From positions 49,972,001 through 50,036,000 of the forward strand of contig OZ365111.1 in the NCBI GenBank assembly GCA_977030845.1: 64,000 nt of DNA, in the 5' to 3' direction. Positions 1 through 12,457 of this stretch are shown piece by piece. Origin of the DNA: Fimbriosthenelais zetlandica (Eukaryota). Each line of letters starts with the position of its first letter. Positions within the stretch are counted from its first letter, which is position 1. Position numbers and translations under genes: made by a program. Under the pieces are notes generated by a model. The model did no database searches. It saw only the letters and a program-made list of their open reading frames with translations, and was not told where the DNA came from.

Positions 1-154
1 TTCACTCACACACTTTTGTGAAGCAAAATTAGAAACTATAGAATGCCTTGAAAATTCCTTGCAAAGGAAAAGAGAAGAAAGTCCATTTAATTTCCTCTCC
101 TGCCCTTCCCCCTCTGTGCCCTCCGCCTCTCTGTATCTTCTCTACACAGTGACA

Positions 155-278
155 CCACACTGCCCGTCTAATTGAACATCTATTGATCTATGTCCACACT
201 GCCCGTCTAATTGAACATCTATTGACCTATGTCCACAGTGCCCGTCTAATTGAACATCTATTGATCTATGTCCACACT
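155..278. repeat. 39-bp minisatellite, about 3.2 copies
   Basis: Unit CCACACTGCCCGTCTAATTGAACATCTATTGATCTATGT starts at 155, 194 and 233 with 1 substitution each in copies 2 and 3, then a partial unit. Confidence 0.95.
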
Positions 279-3115
279 CATATGACCAGACGTCGCCGGC
301 TGTTGTTGTTATTGTTGATATAGATCAGAAATACTTGGTTTTATTGATGAGGAAAACATGTGACAGACAACAAGCATCTACCTCTGATTCTCCCACCCGT
401 TTACTCCGTCAATATTATCACCTCAACCCTTCGCTTCCACAGTCAATAAATCAATTAGGAAATGTCCTTCTTCACTCGGAAACTTGTTTGCTTTCCATTA
501 TGGACCCATTTATTAGGGATGTTTAAACCGTTCGCTTTGGAAAATAGATGGCATAGAGTTTTTCACGGACATTTGTCTAAACCTGCTTCCACCAGGAGCA
601 GAAATTTGTCTAAACTTATTCCGCCATGCCTGAGCAGAAATTAATTTTAAACTTGTTAGTCCCACAGTGCAGAAATGGAATCAATTCTGAACTTTCTACA
701 AAGTGTTGTTGTCCTCCACATAATTTTTATTTGAATATTGATATTGGTATTTATAGTCAGACAGAGATGGCAGATATTGCTTGCAATACTGGAAACAATT
801 GAAAGCAAACTGAAACCCTCCAATGAAAGTTTCTTCCAACTTTTGTGACTTTTCTAGCCGATCACTGTCCTTGAGTTTTGAAAATGGACTTGGAATTTGA
901 AAATAAGAGCCTTCTTTAAGTCATTGACAAGTCCTTTATTGTGTCATGACAGTTTTCTATGGGCCTGCTCACCATCTTTCCTCATGAAATAATATTCATG
1001 ACGTAAAACCTCCAAACCTTTTGGCAGCTGCTCCCCTGCAACAGATGCCAAGGAAAAGCCATTAATTATTGGCATGTGAAATGTGGCATTTTTAATGGGT
1101 TCTGTCCCCCAGAAAAAGATGAAATGATTACCCTGAGCCTTGTCACTCCTACCCTTTTGAGAGTCTTTATTATCCTTCCCTTATCAGTGAAGAAACATAC
1201 AGAATAATCTGGTGCTGTTACAATGGGAACATTTTTAGCCATAAGCGCTGATTTAATCAGCAAAACCTCGAATTTTTATTGGGGAGGTTTTTGTATGGGA
1301 TAAAAGTTCTTGATAATGCGTGTTCAACCAGGAAACCCATTTTCCATAGGAAATAATATCAGTCTCATTGCATATTTATGGAATATAGATTCGTTACTTG
1401 AAGAGATATGCTTAGAAATTTACCAAGACATCAGCTTGATGACAGCGCCAACATTCTTTGTTCATCATGCATACTTTATATTGTCTTCTTTCTTGTGTCT
1501 ATTTTAAGTGCAGTTCTTATAGAGCAAGGGGAACAGGTAAAACTGGATCTGATAGCATAAAGGTACAGGCTTCAGCACCTTCATATAAGGGTATCTTATC
1601 CAGGGTACTAATATTAGTGGAGCAGTATGCAGTGCCTCGCTTACACCACATAAATTAGTGTCGACGTACATGTAATTGTTTGTGCTAAGAATCTACACAT
1701 GTTTGGTAGATTAAGACTTAAAAATCTCATTATCGGTCAGTCACTGCTTATAAATATCAGATTTTCCAGTAAGGAGACAGGTTCTTGTGGGATGGCATAT
1801 TGCTTTGTAAAAAGCCACTTGCTTGCTATAGTAACCTTGTATTGTCTACCAAGGCAGTATCAAATCTATAGATTGGGTCTCTCACCTTCCTCTCTCCAAC
1901 CATTTCTTTACCAGCTGTTATGGCCTTGGAAACTTTTCTATTGAAACACAAAGCACCTAATTACGACTAGATTGATAATTGATTGCCTCCTCTTGAAAGA
2001 TCAAATGAAAACGTAATTATTTCCTGGAAAGACAAAGCTCTAGATCTGTCTAAATCACCTAAATTAATTAGCAAATCTAATTGATTGAATATTGATCACA
2101 CACTTTAATATCTTCTCAAAGGTTTTGGGAGAAGGAAGAGGGCTAAAAGTACTGACGATAAGGTATTAGCAACATTGCTAAATCCTGCTGAGAGGTTCCA
2201 AGCAGAGCTAGCCTTTCTTCTGTACATATATAAGTACACACAACACCTGAGTCTCAAGGAATCACATGTGGCATTGCTCATACAATGCAGTAGTCAGGGG
2301 ATCTACATTTTCCTGTCAATTAGATATCCTACAATGCCTATTAAATATGTAAGGTTGAACAACCAAAAGGAAAGTATCATATGTACATTGCATCATATTT
2401 AAATTCCAGTCAGTATAAGTTCTATCTGGAAACCATTTTCATTTTATGATTCAAGGTTTCACCATAGACTTTACAAAGCTTTTTTTAAAATGGTTATACA
2501 CACATGAAGCAATAGATGGGATTCATTTGCTGATCTTTGAGGTCTCTTTGGTGGAACTTTGTGGTGGACTTCTAGCTCATATGCTTGCTAGCGTTATGAC
2601 CTTTCCTTCCCATAGAAAAACCTATATGGTCACATAGTGCAGAATTTCCTGAGTATTAATATTGCACGAGCCCAACATTTCCCCTCTGCTTTCTTGCCTT
2701 CTTCAGTAGAACTTCAGAGGGGCGGTCTGTTCAGAATGCTAAGATTGATCTTATTTTGTGGGTGATAGCAATTTTCCTAGGGGCATTTTTTTGAATAGAT
2801 TGTATTTCCCTATAAAAATCTATGCGAGTAAATGAACCAGTCGTCAGAAAATATCTCTCATGTGAATTCTATATAATTTGACGGGAAACACTTGATGGAA
2901 ATACTAGAAAATGTTACTGAGGCGGAATGGAAATTGGAGACCAATCTGATAAAACAACATTGAGAGTAACGTCTTTTACCTGGTTGTTATTAGCGGTAAA
3001 CCTTGTATATTATACATCTCAACGTCCCCATCACTCCATTGACCCTATATAAAAGAGCAACTCAGTCTGACACGCAAGTGTAACTGTCCCTGATTTAATG
3101 ATGGAACGGGGGAAA

Positions 3116-3612
3116 GGTGGCCACACTGGAGGCCTGCGTTACCTACTGCTGCTGGGCCATCTATAGGCTGAATGTATGCTTAATTAATAGCAATTATACA
3201 GCATGTCTACAAGCATTTCAGAAATGCCAGATGCAGGTGCGACGACCATGCAGAGACACCTGCGTCTTATAGCAGAACAACCAGACCTGTTTTAGAACAA
3301 CCATTAGAAATAATAGCAAGAATTTTTACACTGAGATGGGCCCTGTACTTGTCTGCAGGATGAGTGCTAAAATTGGCTAAAAAACAAATAATATACGTAG
3401 ATGATTATATGTTGGGCCAGACTGGACCCTTTTTTTATTATACATTTGTCTCACGTCTGATATGTGTCTGCCTTCGTGTCTGATATCTTGTCTGATATCT
3501 GATCTTCTTGGACAAAGTTGCACACATTTGGGAACAGACTGACACGTTTGCTTCCAACCTATCCTCTCTGTGTTTAAATGTTGAATGTCGCACGTGTCCA
3601 GTGTGGGGCTAG
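3116..3612. mobile_element. MITE family C copy (non-autonomous DNA transposon)
   Basis: Left end AAGGTGGCCACACTGGAGG and right end CCAGTGTGGGGCTAG are imperfect inverted repeats; the same ends bound 43632-44107 and 62292-62715. Confidence 0.6.
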
Positions 3613-4307
3613 CGTAAGTGAGGACCTTATGGCCCTTAGCCCTGCCTCATGTTGCCCCTCAGACCCGGCTAACTAAGGACGTCTGATGGGGCCCTGCAGA
3701 CCTTAAGGATGACTGAAGGGAATGGCGTGTAGGATTGGTATATTGAATACGTCAGAGAGCAAGCCAGAGCTTTAAAGGGGCATATCTATCTTTGATCTGT
3801 TCATGGTGAATTTAGTCATCTATAAAGCTGTGACCATGTTTTAAACGTCATATTTATTAAGGAGTAATGATTTGTAATACAGAAATTGAAGTAGCAGTCA
3901 TTGTCTGCCAACAGCGTGTTTCCAATATGTACTAATATTCACTAAGTTACTGCAGCGAACCTGAATCTGAAATCTATAATTATGCCCATAAAATCATATG
4001 TTACACCTGCCTATAACTTGGATATATATTTGCACTCCATACCACCTTGTATTTGAAGCTGGAGAGTCCATGATCTTAGATCAATATACTGGTCTTGAGA
4101 ATAGATCAATGGGTGATCTTGTGGAGACAGGATCACAATACCTGTGGCCTAGCACCTGTATTCTGTGAACAAGATGACAGGACAGGATGATCAATAGTGT
4201 TTTCCTCCTCGGTATCATTCCTAGGTATCAGGTAGACTGTAAGTCCCCAATATTTTTGCTACACCAAGATCACCTGGTCATTGCCTTTAAAATTGAGACC
4301 AACCCTG

Positions 4308-4443
4308 GGACTCCACTGCTGCGATTTTGCTTGCGACACAACTGCGACGAAGCAATGAAAAGTGTACCAGTGGAGGACGGCTGTAAGGCCTTGGATCATC
4401 TTTTTCGCAGTAGTGTCGCAAGCAAAATCGCAGCAATGGATTG
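4308..4443. mobile_element. MITE family A copy (long-TIR hairpin element)
   Basis: TCCACTGCTGCGATTTTGCTTGCGACACAACTGCGA (from 4312) is the reverse complement, with 2 mismatches, of TCGCAGTAGTGTCGCAAGCAAAATCGCAGCAATGGA (to 4440); 5 more copies in window. Confidence 0.8.
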
Positions 4444-7400
4444 CGGGCTTTATACCCAAATTGTCTTGGTCAGATCAAACAAAGGTATCCCAAGAAATAA
4501 CCTCTATGTTATTTGACTCTTATTTAATGTTTCATCAAACAAACTCAGCAGCTGAAAGTGCAAAAATATTATAGCATACAGGCATCATGTTTTGGGTGAA
4601 CCCCCCTTTATCCATGTTGTTAAGCTGGCCCGCCTCAGGCGAGCTGTACCCACCATGAGACCGTCAGACCTGGACCAGGTTATAGGTTTGTCACATTGCT
4701 CGTCTTCTACCTGTTTATTGGTCAGTGGACAGATAGTGAAAGCTCCGGCACATGTAACATAAGCCACACTGAGGCTTGAGGTTATATACTCCACTTCTGT
4801 ATGGTCATTATGGCCATTAAATGGACAGTGGATCGCTGTGGGTCAGTATTAGGGGTCATCTCAAAAGTTCGCAGGCTTTTTTTTTAAAGCCCAAGATTTC
4901 AGCCACTGGATGCTATTATTATTGTACATCTGGGCTTATTTTGGAAGGGGTGGGAGATGGGTAGGGTGTGGGGGAAAATTGAAAATGAAGTCCAGTCTTG
5001 CGTCAGGAAATAGACCCTGAGGGGGTTGGGGGGCTGTCCCCCCTGGATCTGCCCCTGTAATGTTGATCAAGCATGTATTCAATACATTGGTACCAGGGAT
5101 ACCATTCCCCACAGTGCAAACATACATTTGTACTTGTCTGAAGTCTCTTAAATTATATCCTGTAGTACTTGGAGAGAATGACATCCATGGTCCGAATAAA
5201 ACCCACTCCAGCAATGAGCCACATTTGGCACCTCCACCTCCATCACAGAACACCATACAGTCAAGCCATTATGATTCTTTTGTCCAGCCAGATTAGAGGA
5301 ACAAAGCTCATACCACCCCTCCACCCCGCGCTTTGTGAGGCGAATCAAAGCAGACATCAGTGCTGGCTTGCGTGTCATGTAAAGTTCCCTCCCTCCTGCT
5401 CTCCTCCAGTGACGAGCCTCATGTCAGGTAGTCTACCTGAGTCAGCTACATCCTTTGATCCTACCTTTATTGATCTAAAGCTAAACCAGTTTAAATGTAC
5501 ACACACCGGCTTACATTTGAGCTTTATTCAGCTGTTCCTGCTATAGGCCGTGCAAAGCACTGGTTTGCTTTTTAAAATATTAGCTGAACATCTAGTTTAT
5601 TTGCTGCTTGATGTCAGTTTTATAATGTAGTGCTGAACAAATGAAGATGCAAAGCTGGTGGCAAATTATATTTTTGCTATTAAGAATTCTTGAGGGATTA
5701 GACAATTGTTCCGTCATTCCATGCACGGAATATTCTCTTAGAATTTCTACATGAGGAATTGCTCATGTGAATAACATAATGAATTTAATCACAACAGGAA
5801 ATTTGATCATACAGTCATTTCAATTTTGTCAAAATCCGTTGTAAGTGTCTCGAGACATTTTCTATGGAACTCATAATGCAGAATATTCTAAAAGACCAGG
5901 CCGAGGGGTATCTTCCTCTTGAATGGACTGCTACCTGAGGTCTCTTTCTCGGCCTGTCAAATGCTTTCCGATTTATCTAAAGCTGTTCTCTTTCTCAACA
6001 TGGGTTCCACTCATCCATTACTTCCCTTCTACTAATGCACCTGTGTCCTTCTACCCTGAATGAAGTACTGAGATACTAAATCCAGGTGGAGGAGAGCAAT
6101 GATGCTAATTTATCCCCATTGATTTACACGACATGCCTGGGAAAAGGTTCTTATACACAGGAAACTTATGCAGGACCAGTTACCATCTCGTTCCATCTCC
6201 TTGAAAAATATTGCATGTCAACTTAGGATGCTGCCCACAGCGGCAATCACTAATGCTCCATCCATTCATTCTAAGCTCGCTAATTCACTTCCTTATGTCC
6301 CCAACCCATGTATCTTTACTTCCACCTGCTCGATATTCCTTCAGAACTGAGACAATTGAAGAGATTCCAGGGTGCGGAATCTTGGAATATCATGGAAATC
6401 AAAGGAAAAACGCATTTTTTCTTTTAGTTTACTTCCAATTCCTGGAAATTCAGTCAGGCTCATAGAAAAGTCGTGGAAAATGAAAAATCACGCCTAAAAT
6501 TTCAGTTGATTCACAGGTTTGTGTTGGTTCATTAAGTAACAAATTTAAAACAATCTTGAAAAAATTGTGAGTAAAGACCCACCGAGACATATCATTGCGT
6601 TTAAGGTAAATATAATCTTGTTCCTACTAATGCAATTCTCTATTGTAAAAACAATAATTACTGTCATAATGTCATTTTCAAGCTAATCTCGTTGGTATGA
6701 ATTCTCCCAGCATCTCCCCTTCCCCTATAGAGATGACTGCCTCAACATGAAAGGCTTGTTCCCCCTTTAAATGATTGCACCAACTTCTCCATTGGTAGTC
6801 CGTGTGAATCCCCATCTATAGCACAGGTGCTCTATACAGTACCTACCAGCTACCGGCCATGTCTAGTAACAGCCTATATTCCCTGCTTTGCGTTTCTGTA
6901 CAGGAAACCTCACTTTGTCTTTAGTAAGGCTGGCAGAGATTGAGGGAATATTGGACGGCCAATGACAACAGAGGGATTTGCCTCTTCAGAAGCTTTGTGC
7001 TCCCAGATGCGAGTGGCAACATCCACTAATTAGAGGATCACTCAGTGTTAAGAGTTCTCATCCCTGTGTTTCATCATTCTTATAAGTAAACTCTGTAGCT
7101 AAGATTAAAGCTAAAATGCACTGATATACCTCTATATCCTAAAGAAACCAAGTCTATATCCTAAAGGAACCAAGCTTGAGATGTATATCGAAGCTTACTG
7201 CATGTATACGATGGTGAATGTGATTTAAGCTTCTTGTTATAGGCTAAGCTTAATATTATTAGAGGGGGAAGACCTCCTGAAATTCTTCTAATGATCAGGA
7301 CAATTTTCTGTCCATTTGAAGTAATATATGATTGAAAGTTAAAGGTAAGAAACATGCAGACATGATATGTCAAATAGATGAATGTACTAGATATATCTAC

Positions 7401-7616
7401 CAAGATTCTTGCAGTCCAAAGGCCATTGAAATAGGGTTGCCCATCGCTGTTATTGAAACGACACCACTAGTTCTCAATCTGTCACCTTATGAAAGTCCCT
7501 AATTTACTCAGGTCAGTTGGGCGTATCATTTATTGATATCAATTTATCTGATTTATTTGATTATACAATGTCACCAATTGGTCCATTAAGTCTCATAGAT
7601 AATAGCTACTGTTGCT

Positions 7617-7679
7617 GGGGCCTGTTTCAGAACAACCATTAGCTAAGTCTATGGGATTTTTTACGCTGAAACGGGCCCC
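7617..7679. mobile_element. Miniature hairpin/MITE remnant (possibly PIF/Harbinger-like ends)
   Basis: GGGGCCTGTTTCAG ... CTGAAACGGGCCCC, 14-bp inverted repeat with 1 mismatch; a similar left end GGGGCCTGATTCAC occurs near 52553. Confidence 0.5.
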
Positions 7680-7768
7680 TGAACGACTTGCTTTCACCAG
7701 AGAGACTAGTAGTCTCTTTGCTTTCAGGTAAGGCAAAGCCACCACAGTAACTGTTGGAATGGCGGTAG

Positions 7769-7973
7769 TATTGAAAGTTGTATACCATAGGGAGCAGGTG
7801 TGGATCACCGACCACACTGGTCAGTGGTCAGTAGTAGAAAAGGGGCGAGTGCAGTGAATGTGTGTGTGAGCTTGATCCTTCACAGTTCAGTGATCCTTCA
7901 GTTTGGGAAGCCATATGTGTATATGTATAGTTACATAGTTTGTATGGGAAGACATGTGCATATATTTTCAACA
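7769..7973 (-). repeat. 3' LTR of Copia element
   Basis: Identical by eye to 12472-12676; on minus strand begins TGTTGAAAA and ends CTTTCAATA. Confidence 0.98.
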
Positions 7974-7987
7974 CTCCTCCTCAAACT
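7974..7987 (-). other. Polypurine tract of Copia element
   Basis: Minus strand AGTTTGAGGAGGAG abuts the 3' LTR. Confidence 0.85.
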
Positions 7988-8225
7988 GACAGTATTACCA
8001 CGCTCTAGTGCTACAGTATCAGAGTTACAGCTCAAAAATTAAACTCTCAGTAGGCATGAAATAGATCCATATTTGATTTGTAGTTCACAATAATGAATAT
8101 CCAATATCCCAAAATAATCCTAGGTTAGTAGAGAACAGCAGAACAACGTCAAGGAACGTAACATCTAACCAGAAAAAACTGAACATATTAATAAGCACAA
8201 TATGTACAAACCACTCATTGTTGAT

Positions 8226-11200
8226 CTAATGAGCAATTACCTGCATTGCGTCACGGAAGTAGTTGTGTTTTTCCCTTCCGAGACCTTTGGTTAGAATATC
8301 AGCAATCATCATAGCAGTAGCACAGTATGACAATTTTACAGCTTTCTTTTCAACAACTTCTCTTATATAGTGAAACTTTATGTCGATATGTTTTGCCCTG
8401 CTATGAAACTGAGGATTTTTTGTCATAGCGATTGCTGACTGACTGTCATCATATATGAGTACTGGATCAAATGATGGTCCATTCAACATTTGTAGAAGCT
8501 CTCTTAGCCAGATTGCCTCTTGTGCAGCTGAAGATAGAGCAATATATTCTGCTTCTGCAGAGGATAATGCAACACATGTTTGTTTCTTACTTCTCCAGCT
8601 TATTGGAGCTCCAGCAAGAATGAATAAGTGACCTGTAGTAGACTTTCTGTCACTTACATCCCCTGCCCAATCAGCATCACAAAAACCCAGTACAGTATCG
8701 TCAGTACTTCTGTTGTACAGAATTCCATGATTTGTTGTCCCTTTGAGATAGCGGAAGATTCTCTTGACAGCTACCCAATGCTCTTCAGTTGGATTGGCAT
8801 TAAACTTTGCCAATGAATTCACAGCGAATGTAATATCAGGTCTTGTCCAGTTAGACAAATACAGTAAACATCCTACTGCAGATTGATACAGTGTTTTGTC
8901 AAATGGTGGACTGTCACTTTCTGCCTGTAATTTCTTACTTACATCAACTGGAGTTGTGACAGGCTTAGCATCAGACATTCTGAATCTGTCAATCATTCTT
9001 TCTGTGTAGCCAGTTTGTCCAATCCATATTCCTTCTTTTAGTTCTTTTACCTGTATACCAAGGAAATTAGTAATATGACCAAGATCTTTTACATCAAATC
9101 CTTCTGAAATGAGCTTCTTCATTCTTTTCATTTCTGTTTCAGTCTTGGTTGCAATAAGAATGTCATCGACATATACTGCCACAATTACATCTTTCCAAGT
9201 ATATAAACATGGATCTGCACTAGACTGCTTTAGACCAATCGACTTCAAATATGAATCTAGTGCTACATTCCAGCACCTTGGTGCTTGTTTCAACCCATAT
9301 AGGGATTTCTTCAATTTGCAGACCAGCTGCTCCTCACCTTTCTTAATGGTGCCTTCAGGTTGAGCCATGTAGACATCTTCATCTAGAGTTCCGTTCAAGA
9401 AGGCGGTAGTCACATACATCTGATGTAGAATGAGGCCTTTCTGTGCTGCCAAGGCTATGACAGTCCGCACAGATTCTGGTCTGACAACAGGACAGAATGT
9501 TTCATCATAGTCACATCCATATCTTTGATTGAAACCCTGAGCAACCAAACGGGCCTTATACCGCTCAATCTTTCCTTCTGCTGTTTTCTTTATCTTAAAG
9601 ACCCACTTGCAACCCACTACTCTGCAGTCTTTTGGAGGTTTAACCAAGTCCCAGACATCCATCCTTTGTAATGACTGTAATTCAGCATCCATAGCAGTCT
9701 GCCATTTAGTCTGGTCCTTCTCCATCGCTTCCTTGTAGTTTCTTGGGTCAGAAACAATAGTCACCCACTCACCGAGTCTATCTGGAGCTCGGCGCTCCCG
9801 TCCAGATCTCCTAGGTTCTTCACCTCCTAGATCATCTTGCTGAGGTACTTGACGTTCTTCATCACCTGGCACTACCCTCGTCTCAGGTAGTTCTTGAGTA
9901 GCCTCCTGATGCTCCTCCTCCAAGTTAGAAGACTCAAAGTGTACATAACGCTTCTCTGTACTCATGGATTCATTGAAAATCACATCTCGACTGTGAATCA
10001 CTTTTGACCTAGTTGTGTCATAAAGTCTATATCCCTTCACACAGTCGCCATATCCAAAAAAGACACACTTTCTAGACTTGGAATCAAGCTTGTTACGCTC
10101 ATCCTTGGGAATATGAGCATAACAAGTACTTCCAAATACCCTCAGATTCGACACATCTGGTTTCTCACCATTCAAGGCTTCATATGGAGTTTTTCCAGGA
10201 ACAGCACTTGTAGAGCTACGATTACGGAGGTAGACCGCTGTAGACAAGGCTTCAGCCCAAAAATGTCGTGGCAATTTGTGCAACATACATCTAGTCATCT
10301 CCACTAACGTACGGTTCATCCGTTCGGATACCCCATTTTGCTCGGGCGTCTTCGGAACTGTCACTTCATGACGTATTCCCTCCTTTTTCAGATATGTTTC
10401 AAATTCACCTGATGTGTACTCTCCTCCGTTGTCAGACCGAAGTGTCTTCAGCCTGCGACCTGATGACTTCTCTACCATGGCTTTCCACTCCATGAACTTA
10501 GAAAAGACTTGATCCTTAGACTTGAGGAAGTAAACCCAAACATATCGTGTTGAATCGTCTATGAATGTCAGAAAGTACTGTGAGCCACTCAAGGATTTTG
10601 GAGTTATTTTCCCACAGACATCACTATGAACAAGATCAAGAACTTCAGTACTTTGTCTTTTACTACTAGGGAACTTTGTACGATGGTTCTTACCTTCAGC
10701 ACATCCTTCACAAAAATCTAAGCTACTTGAAGGATCAAAGGTGAAACCATTTACCATCTCCTTACTGGCTAGTTGTCTCATACCGTCAAGTCCCAGATGA
10801 CCATACCTTTCATGCCATATGTTCACCTTGGATTGCTCCTGTTCCGTTGTCTGGACCTCTTGACGAGACGAACTGTAATCAAGATAATACAAAAATCCAA
10901 TTCTACTAGCAGTCGCTATGATCTTCTCTCCTGACTTAATCTGACATCCCTCATTGCTGAACATAAATACCATTCCAGCTTCACTTGCCTTAGATACACT
11001 CAGAAGATTATACTTCAGTCCTGGTACATACAACACATTGAGTAATGTGCAAGTTCGCGTCTTCCCACCTGGTAGTCTTAGTTGAAGTTTAATGTCACCA
11101 ACCCCAGTGGCCTCCAGAGAATACCCATCACCAACAGAAACACTTGAAGGTTCAGTCTTTTTCAGGCTGTTGAAAAATTTCCTTTCATGACACATATGTG

Positions 11201-12065
11201 CAGTAGCACCTGAATCCACAACCCAGTTCTCTGAACCACCAACAGAGTTCGATAAAGCATGCTCAACTATAAATGACACATCTTCCTCTCGAGGCTCTGC
11301 TTGATGAGAACTCGTACTGAACGCTCGTCCCTGTTTCTTTGACTTCTCTGACTCATTAATCTTCTCTCTCAAAACCGGGCATTTCTTCTTAATATGACCG
11401 AACTTCCGGCAGTAATAACATAGCGGCCCTTTCTTCTCTCGTGATGCCAACACCATTTCCTTGACCCCACTGTTTGATCGATCATTCAACTTCTGTTCTT
11501 CGTGACGTAGTCTCTCAATCACTGTTTCCATCGCAGGGACATTTTCCAGGGCTTCAAACGCTGTCACTAACATATGAAAAGAATCAGGGAGACTTGCCAA
11601 GAGATAAATGACACGATCTTCATCCTCAACAGGATCTCCAATAACAGCGAGTTCGTTAAAAATCTCTGTCATTACCTTGATATGATCATCTACCCCTTCT
11701 CCCTCAGCTAACTTCATAGAAAATAGCTTTCTTCTTAAAGACAACTTATTTGCCCAAGTCCTCTTTTGAAATTGATTTCGAAGTTGATCCCAAACATCTT
11801 TAGGGTTATCTGGCTCAGCCAACAAATACAGTAGTGAAACATCCACAGACAATACAATAATAGCAAGGGCTTTGTCAGTCCTTATCCTGTATTTATCCTT
11901 AGTATTGGCGTCTGCAGTATCACCTGGTTTCACTTCTGTCCCAGAAACAATACCCCACAAATTTTCTTTCTTTAACGCCATTTGACACTGAATTTTCCAT
12001 GTTGCATAATTCGACCCCTTTAGAGGAATTATCACACTATTTCCACTATTGCTTGAAGTAGCCAT
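8226..12065 (-). CDS. Copia gag-pol polyprotein, 1279 aa from first ATG (MATSSNSG...)
   Basis: Gag NYATWK motif, zinc knuckle CYYCRKFGHIKKKC, protease WVVDSGATAHM, integrase HERYGH...CEGC plus FIDD / RSDNGGEY / GVSERMNRTL and GKGY-like VKGY, RT KARLVAQGF / LYGLKQA / YVDD, RNase H FCDADWAG / ADILTKGL. The track's start at 12119 is TTG; the first ATG is 12063-12065. Confidence 0.97.
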   Translation of the reverse strand: MATSSNSGNSVIIPLKGSNYATWKIQCQMALKKENLWGIVSGTEVKPGDTADANTKDKYRIRTDKALAIIVLSVDVSLLYLLAEPDNPKDVWDQLRNQFQKRTWANKLSLRRKLFSMKLAEGEGVDDHIKVMTEIFNELAVIGDPVEDEDRVIYLLASLPDSFHMLVTAFEALENVPAMETVIERLRHEEQKLNDRSNSGVKEMVLASREKKGPLCYYCRKFGHIKKKCPVLREKINESEKSKKQGRAFSTSSHQAEPREEDVSFIVEHALSNSVGGSENWVVDSGATAHMCHERKFFNSLKKTEPSSVSVGDGYSLEATGVGDIKLQLRLPGGKTRTCTLLNVLYVPGLKYNLLSVSKASEAGMVFMFSNEGCQIKSGEKIIATASRIGFLYYLDYSSSRQEVQTTEQEQSKVNIWHERYGHLGLDGMRQLASKEMVNGFTFDPSSSLDFCEGCAEGKNHRTKFPSSKRQSTEVLDLVHSDVCGKITPKSLSGSQYFLTFIDDSTRYVWVYFLKSKDQVFSKFMEWKAMVEKSSGRRLKTLRSDNGGEYTSGEFETYLKKEGIRHEVTVPKTPEQNGVSERMNRTLVEMTRCMLHKLPRHFWAEALSTAVYLRNRSSTSAVPGKTPYEALNGEKPDVSNLRVFGSTCYAHIPKDERNKLDSKSRKCVFFGYGDCVKGYRLYDTTRSKVIHSRDVIFNESMSTEKRYVHFESSNLEEEHQEATQELPETRVVPGDEERQVPQQDDLGGEEPRRSGRERRAPDRLGEWVTIVSDPRNYKEAMEKDQTKWQTAMDAELQSLQRMDVWDLVKPPKDCRVVGCKWVFKIKKTAEGKIERYKARLVAQGFNQRYGCDYDETFCPVVRPESVRTVIALAAQKGLILHQMYVTTAFLNGTLDEDVYMAQPEGTIKKGEEQLVCKLKKSLYGLKQAPRCWNVALDSYLKSIGLKQSSADPCLYTWKDVIVAVYVDDILIATKTETEMKRMKKLISEGFDVKDLGHITNFLGIQVKELKEGIWIGQTGYTERMIDRFRMSDAKPVTTPVDVSKKLQAESDSPPFDKTLYQSAVGCLLYLSNWTRPDITFAVNSLAKFNANPTEEHWVAVKRIFRYLKGTTNHGILYNRSTDDTVLGFCDADWAGDVSDRKSTTGHLFILAGAPISWRSKKQTCVALSSAEAEYIALSSAAQEAIWLRELLQMLNGPSFDPVLIYDDSQSAIAMTKNPQFHSRAKHIDIKFHYIREVVEKKAVKLSYCATAMMIADILTKGLGREKHNYFRDAMQVIAH

Positions 12066-12457
12066 CTTTGTAATACCATAGATACAACACTCAACTTTGC
12101 AATATATCAATACTGTCAAAAACTGTTCATAAAGTTCAGAATTTGTGCATAATCCTGTAATACTTAATTATGAATCCTCTATGTAAACACATGTACCTAC
12201 TGAGAGAACCAAAGCACTGTTCATGTATAGAGCTGTTTCAACAAAGTACCAAGGACACAGTCAATAACTGTCAGCACACTGTCAGTATGAGTCAGCAATT
12301 TTCATAACACATGAAAAAATGAGGAGAGTGATGAAAGTCACACAAATACACTTAGCTGCACTTCCCAAACAATATGTAGTACTGGTAGTAGTGTTCCTAT
12401 GAGGTTTTGTTGCAACTGCAAGTCATGGCGTGGAGTACTATACTGTGTCTGCATGCT

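Noticed and set aside
3044-3070. TATA box CTATATAAAAG followed by TCAGT initiator-like motif
   Set aside because: Spacing is only about 14 bp rather than 25-30 bp, and there is no downstream exon evidence.
7593-8042. ORFs 7593-7817 and 7800-8042 (and twins 12338-12520, 12503-12736)
   Set aside because: Chance ORFs running through the duplicated LTR sequence; no domain similarity.
10685-10700. Splice-donor-like AAG/GTAAGA on the Copia strand (possible spliced gag mRNA as in Drosophila copia)
   Set aside because: It is produced by the conserved EGK codons of the integrase zinc finger and no matching acceptor was identified; cannot be supported without RNA data.
12066-12119. 18-aa N-terminal extension of gag-pol in the ORF track
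   Set aside because: Starts at TTG; the first ATG (12063-12065) is the more plausible eukaryotic start.
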